A DNA stretch of 64,000 bases from Amoebidium appalachense (taxonomy: Eukaryota; Protista; Ichthyosporea): positions 5,773,167 to 5,837,166 of the forward strand of contig CAVNZM010000005.1 of assembly GCA_963693365.1 (NCBI GenBank), given 5' to 3'. The position numbers and the translations under genes are program-made. Below the pieces are notes generated by a model. That model worked only from the letters and a program-made list of their open reading frames with translations, ran no database searches and had not been told where the DNA came from. This document shows positions 59,432-64,000 of the stretch, one piece after another. Every line of letters begins with the position of its first letter. Positions within the stretch are counted from its first letter, which is position 1.

Positions 59432-60136
59432 GGGGGGGGGCTACTAGGTAAAACAACAGCTAACAACTCCATGCTGTCGATATCAGTCCAAACAAACCAG
59501 GCAAACCAGACAAACACAACCAGTCTAGATCTAAAGTGCCAAAAGGGGTTGATAAGAAGGGGGAGGAGAGGGAATGGGGGGGGGAGGGGGGAGGGGATTA
59601 ATTTAACATATGTCGAATGGATGGGCACCGGAGGTGACGGGGGGGAGGGGGAGGGGGGGGGGGGGGTGCGGAAAGGGGGTAATTGCAATACCTTTCTGTG
59701 CCTGCCTTGGTTTGACTGTTTTATCTTCCCGTCTGCCTTGCCAAACCTCTGCTCGAATGCACGGAACATATCCTCTGGGCTGTAGCCACCCGGCCCTGAA
59801 CCGTCAAAATGGGGCTGGACCGTCTCGCCCCGGTCGTATTTCTGCCGTGCTTCTTCATTTCCGAGTACCTGAAAAAATGAAATGATGCATTAGAGGAAAT
59901 GATGCATTAGAGGAGAGAGGGGAGATTGTGTGTGCGTGTTTGTGTCTGCATGTGTGTGTGGGTGTGGGTTTGTTTGTTTGGGGGGGGGGGGGGGGGGGGG
60001 GGGGGGCTCCTGTTCCTTCTTTAACATCTTCCTCTCCACACACAACAACAATCCTACGGTTCCGTCTAATGTACAATAACAGAAGCATCCAAGTACATAA
60101 ACACACATACATGCCCAGACACATGATCACAAGCAT

Positions 60137-60208
<72 letters not shown>

Positions 60209-60302
60209 ACGCACACGCACACGCACACGCACACGCACACGCACACGCACACGCACACGCACACGCACACGCACACGCACACGCACACGCACACGCACAC
60301 GC

Positions 60303-60340
<38 letters not shown>

Positions 60341-60436
60341 ACCTGCCCACCCGCCCGCTCGCCCGCCCGCCCGCCCGCTCCCCCCACCCCCTCCCCCCCC
60401 CCCCCCCCCCCCCCACCCACCCACCTATCCACCCAG

Positions 60437-60470
<34 letters not shown>

Positions 60471-60627
60471 ACCACCACCACCCCACATCCCCTCCACCCC
60501 CCAACCCACCCACCCACCCAACCCCCCAAACACCCCACCCACCCACCTTCCCACCCTAGAAAAAGGAAGACATACTGCGAGTAATCCAGACGAAAAGGTA
60601 TGGGGGGGAGCGGGAACCAAGCAGGAA

Positions 60628-60658
<31 letters not shown>

Positions 60659-61310
60659 GGGGGGGGGTGAAGGACGAGAGGGTGGGTCACAAGGACGGTG
60701 ATTATTAAAAGCAAGGACTAGAACTTCACCCACCTACCCCCCCAACCATCCCCCCACCCCCCCACCCACACACCCACACCCACACCCGCCAACCACCCAC
60801 ACCCACACACCCACTCACCCACCTGCCCATTCACCCACCCACCCACCCACCCACACACACCCCTGCACCCCTACTCACCAACTCACCCACCCGCCCACCC
60901 ACCCCTCTGATTCCCTAGTCCCCCCCCCCCCCCCCTACACCCCTACTCATTAACTCACCCACCCTTTCACCCACACACCCCTCTACCCCCTACTCGCCCA
61001 CCCACCCACCCACCCACCCACCCGACACACCCCCCTCTACCCCCCTACTCACCCATCCACCCACCCTTTCACCCACCCACTTCAAGCCACCCACCCACAC
61101 CTCCACCTCTTCACCCACCCACACACCCACACACACACACACCTCGTATGCCTGGCTGATAGCAGCAAACTTATCAGTAGACGCTTGGTCGTGCCCAGTT
61201 CTATCTGGGTGATACTTCTTGGCCAACTGCACACCATGTTGTCTGTTAGTACAAGTATGTGGCAGCCCCCCTCCCCCCACCCCCCCCCCCCCCCTCCCTC
61301 CCCCTCCCCC

Positions 61311-61341
<31 letters not shown>

Positions 61342-61968
61342 AAGGAATAAGGAAATACAAAAGAAGATGAGGAGTATAGATACCAAATGCAAGATGGGAT
61401 CTAAAACTGACGGCACACAAAAACAACATACACAAAAACGCACACTCTCTCTAGAATCGCCTTGTGGAATACATACACGCACCAACCTCCCCCATCCTCC
61501 TCTCTCTCTCTCTTACTCTCTCTCTCTCTCTCTCTCACTCTCTCTCTCTCTTCCCCCCCCCCCCCCCCCCCCCCCCTGCGCTGCACAAACACAGACACAC
61601 TCCCTTACTAATTCATTTCCCTACATGCCTTCCTCTATTTAAACATGCAAAGTATTTACTCCAAGTATCACTCTAACCCCCCCCCCCCCCTCCACCCCCT
61701 TCCCTCCCCTCCCCCCCCCCCCTCCCCCCGCCCCCCCGCCAAGTTCCCGCTGCTCGGCTAGATAACGAGGACAAAGCCTAATAATGTCCCATATTGTTTC
61801 AATTTTCTAAACATAACAGGAAATGGAATGTAACTGGGAATGAAGCGATAATGGGAGGGAGGGCAGCACAGGAACAGTGATAACAAACCATAAATACAGA
61901 CTCTTTTTTCGTATTTTGTCTGAAATGAGAGGCTATGTCAGAGAAGCCGACTGAGCGCAGCATTAGCA

Positions 61969-62056
<88 letters not shown>

Positions 62057-62167
62057 CGTGGGTGGGTGCGTGCCCGTTTGTGTGTGTGTGTGTGTGCGTG
62101 CGCGCACGTCCGTTTATGTGTGTGTGTGTCTGTGTGTGTGTGTGTGTGTGTCCGTGTGTGTGTGTGC

Positions 62168-62218
<51 letters not shown>

Positions 62219-62701
62219 CGCGCGTGCGAGTAAACGTGCGGCCCGTGAGGCGTGTGTGCGTGTGTGTGTGTGTGTGTGGGGGGGGGGGTGCATGTGTGCA
62301 TACGTGCGTGCATGCTGTGTGGGTGTTTGTGTATGAAGATGACAGGGAAAATAAATGGACAAGAACGTCACGTAAGGGTGCTTGTGTGGGGTGAGTGTGT
62401 GAGTGGGGGGAGGGGGGAGGGGGGAGGGGGGAGGGGGGACGGGGAAGGAGGAGGTTACCTTGTAGTAAGCTGTTTTAATTTCGCTCTGTGTTGCCGTGCG
62501 TTTTAGTCCCAATATCTTGTAATGGTCATGTGCTTTTCGTCTTATAACTGCAGAAAAAGCAAAACTTAGTGCATATCCCTTTATGCTTGTATTTGTAATC
62601 ACTTCTGCGGCAAGTCGTAATCCATCTCGTCGTTTTCACACAATAGAACATGAGTAAACATGCACGCACATACACGAAAACATCAAATGTCACACGCCTT
62701 C

Positions 62702-62732
<31 letters not shown>

Positions 62733-62784
62733 GCATATAGCGAATGTGCACAGACACACACAAAGAGAGAGGGGGGGGGGGGGG

Positions 62785-62867
<83 letters not shown>

Positions 62868-63579
62868 AGAGAGAGAGAGGGGGGGGGGGGGGGGGGGAGA
62901 GAGAGAGAGAGAGAGAGAGAGAGCACGTGGTATAGAAATAATCCCCCCCCTCCCCTCTCTGCTTTCCCCCTTGCCCCGCAGACTAATAGTTAAAACACTT
63001 GAAGACAAAAATGATAAATGGGTGACACTAACACGAGGCTTACCTGAAGCGTGCATATACCGAACTCCCGAAGGAACGAACAATATGTTGCTGATAACTG
63101 GTCTAGGGGCATCTGCATACAGATGGATTAGTGTGTGCCATAATGGAATGTTCTTGGCTATGGATCACACGTCACGAAAACAACGACAATCAGGATTATG
63201 TTCAAGGCCGCCAAGTTAAGGTTTCAAGCTTTCTCAAAACCAACAAAACTGCATTGATGGTGACTGCATAACCACCAAGACAACGAAGTGGAGCAACACA
63301 AGGGCACCAGCTACCCCATCCTTTATGCACAACGATCTTGCACGCTATATAATGACAAAGTATTTATGCCATCACACAGCACTCACCTCTTACGTGGCAC
63401 TGATCAAACACATTCATCCGCCATGCTGGTGGCGTGAAAGAACTTTGATGTCGTTTCGTTCCTTTCGTCAGAACATGAACATGTAAAGTGGGATGGGAAA
63501 GGCCGTGCACTCTACACTTTGCTCGAGCCAATGACCCAACCACCCGATGACCTGTCAATAACATAGCCAAGGTTGCCAT
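53805..63579 (-). CDS. DNAJA3: Type I DnaJ/Hsp40 co-chaperone, mitochondrial (DNAJA3/Tid1/Mdj1-like), 11 exons
   Basis: Exons 63579-63387 and 63157-63044 (basic presequence), 62547-62459 (DHYKILGL), 61226-61143 (YHPD), 59868-59692, 59171-59019 ([16 protein letters not shown]), 57761-57611 ([16 protein letters not shown]), 55927-55836, 55324-55196, 54527-54412 and 53874-53805. Contains the J domain, four zinc-finger motifs and the C-terminal domain. Confidence 0.9.
55940..56160. repeat. Three ~85-bp tandem units with inverted CCAAT boxes and CACGTG next to a DnaJ acceptor
   Basis: gaccaatcagata...cttgattggt(t/c)agatt...gtcacgtgca...tggtg is repeated. Confidence 0.85.
56564..57141. mobile_element. 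piggyBac-type non-autonomous element (MITE), 578 bp, in a DnaJ intron
   Basis: TTAA|cccctaaccgtttgcc ... ggcaaacggctagggg|TTAA. 16-bp TIR with one mismatch, CCC/GGG termini and a TTAA target duplication. Confidence 0.88.
58332..58776. mobile_element. PIF/Harbinger (Tourist-like) MITE, 445 bp, in a DnaJ intron
   Basis: TAA|gggcctgtttggcagc ... gctgccaaacaggccg|TAA. 15-bp perfect TIR and 3-bp TAA TSD. Internal TIR-like copies at about 58416 and 58646. Confidence 0.85.
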
Positions 63580-64000
63580 CTAAAGCGACATTACAAAGTT
63601 ATATGGTTACAAGAACTCTGAGTAGGTCGATGTACTCGCCGCGGACACTATGTATGCACAAAAGACTGAAAACGCACTGATCATGACCTGAGCGCTATGA
63701 GCGCTAGCCTACACTGACACAGAAACCCGCATGCACTAATTACGGTCTAATTACGCAAAGTGGCAGTTGCGTAATTCTAGTTAGCGATAGTGCACGTTTG
63801 CCTTTTATGGTCATCACCCCAGAAACAATTGGCTGACATTCATGATTAGGGCTGTGTACAAGAAAAATGCTCCAGTTTTCTTTTAACAGTTGAAAGACTG
63901 CTAATAATACATTTAATTTTGTTATTTATACTTCTTATATGGCAATAAGCTGTTGCATACCATTTTTTGTGTAGATCCTTTAAAGTTTCAAGAACAAAGT

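Overview
Eukaryotic, intron-rich DNA. The gene set and simple-repeat-filled introns of about 0.2-1.5 kb suggest an opisthokont protist, possibly a unicellular holozoan, but the taxon cannot be established from this window. Almost all ORFs in the supplied track are artefacts of poly-G/C, (CA)n and (GA)n tracts. Reading splice sites by hand gives five multi-exon genes: (1) an MGAT4/GT54 N-glycan branching GlcNAc-transferase (minus strand, runs off the left edge); (2) a complete 14-exon GCK-III STE20 kinase of the STK24/25/26 type (plus); (3) a large modular LysM-WSC-WSC-EGF/CXXC-repeat surface protein with a GPI-like tail (minus, 5' end uncertain, next to a LINE); (4) a bacterial-type GH13 alpha-glucosidase with a mitochondrial-presequence-like N-terminus (minus); and (5) a mitochondrial type-I DnaJ (minus). 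Mobile DNA comprises a degenerate APE-RT LINE, two copies of a short poly(A) retroposon end (one with a 15-bp TSD), a piggyBac-type MITE and a PIF/Harbinger-type MITE. The most unusual signal is intron architecture. Splice junctions and their flanks are repeatedly tandem-duplicated into introns, in one case creating four in-frame candidate exons. Many introns consist of mutually complementary G/GT and C/CA halves. (AC)n tracts replace polypyrimidine tracts at many acceptors, and CCAAT-box motifs cluster at acceptors in both orientations.
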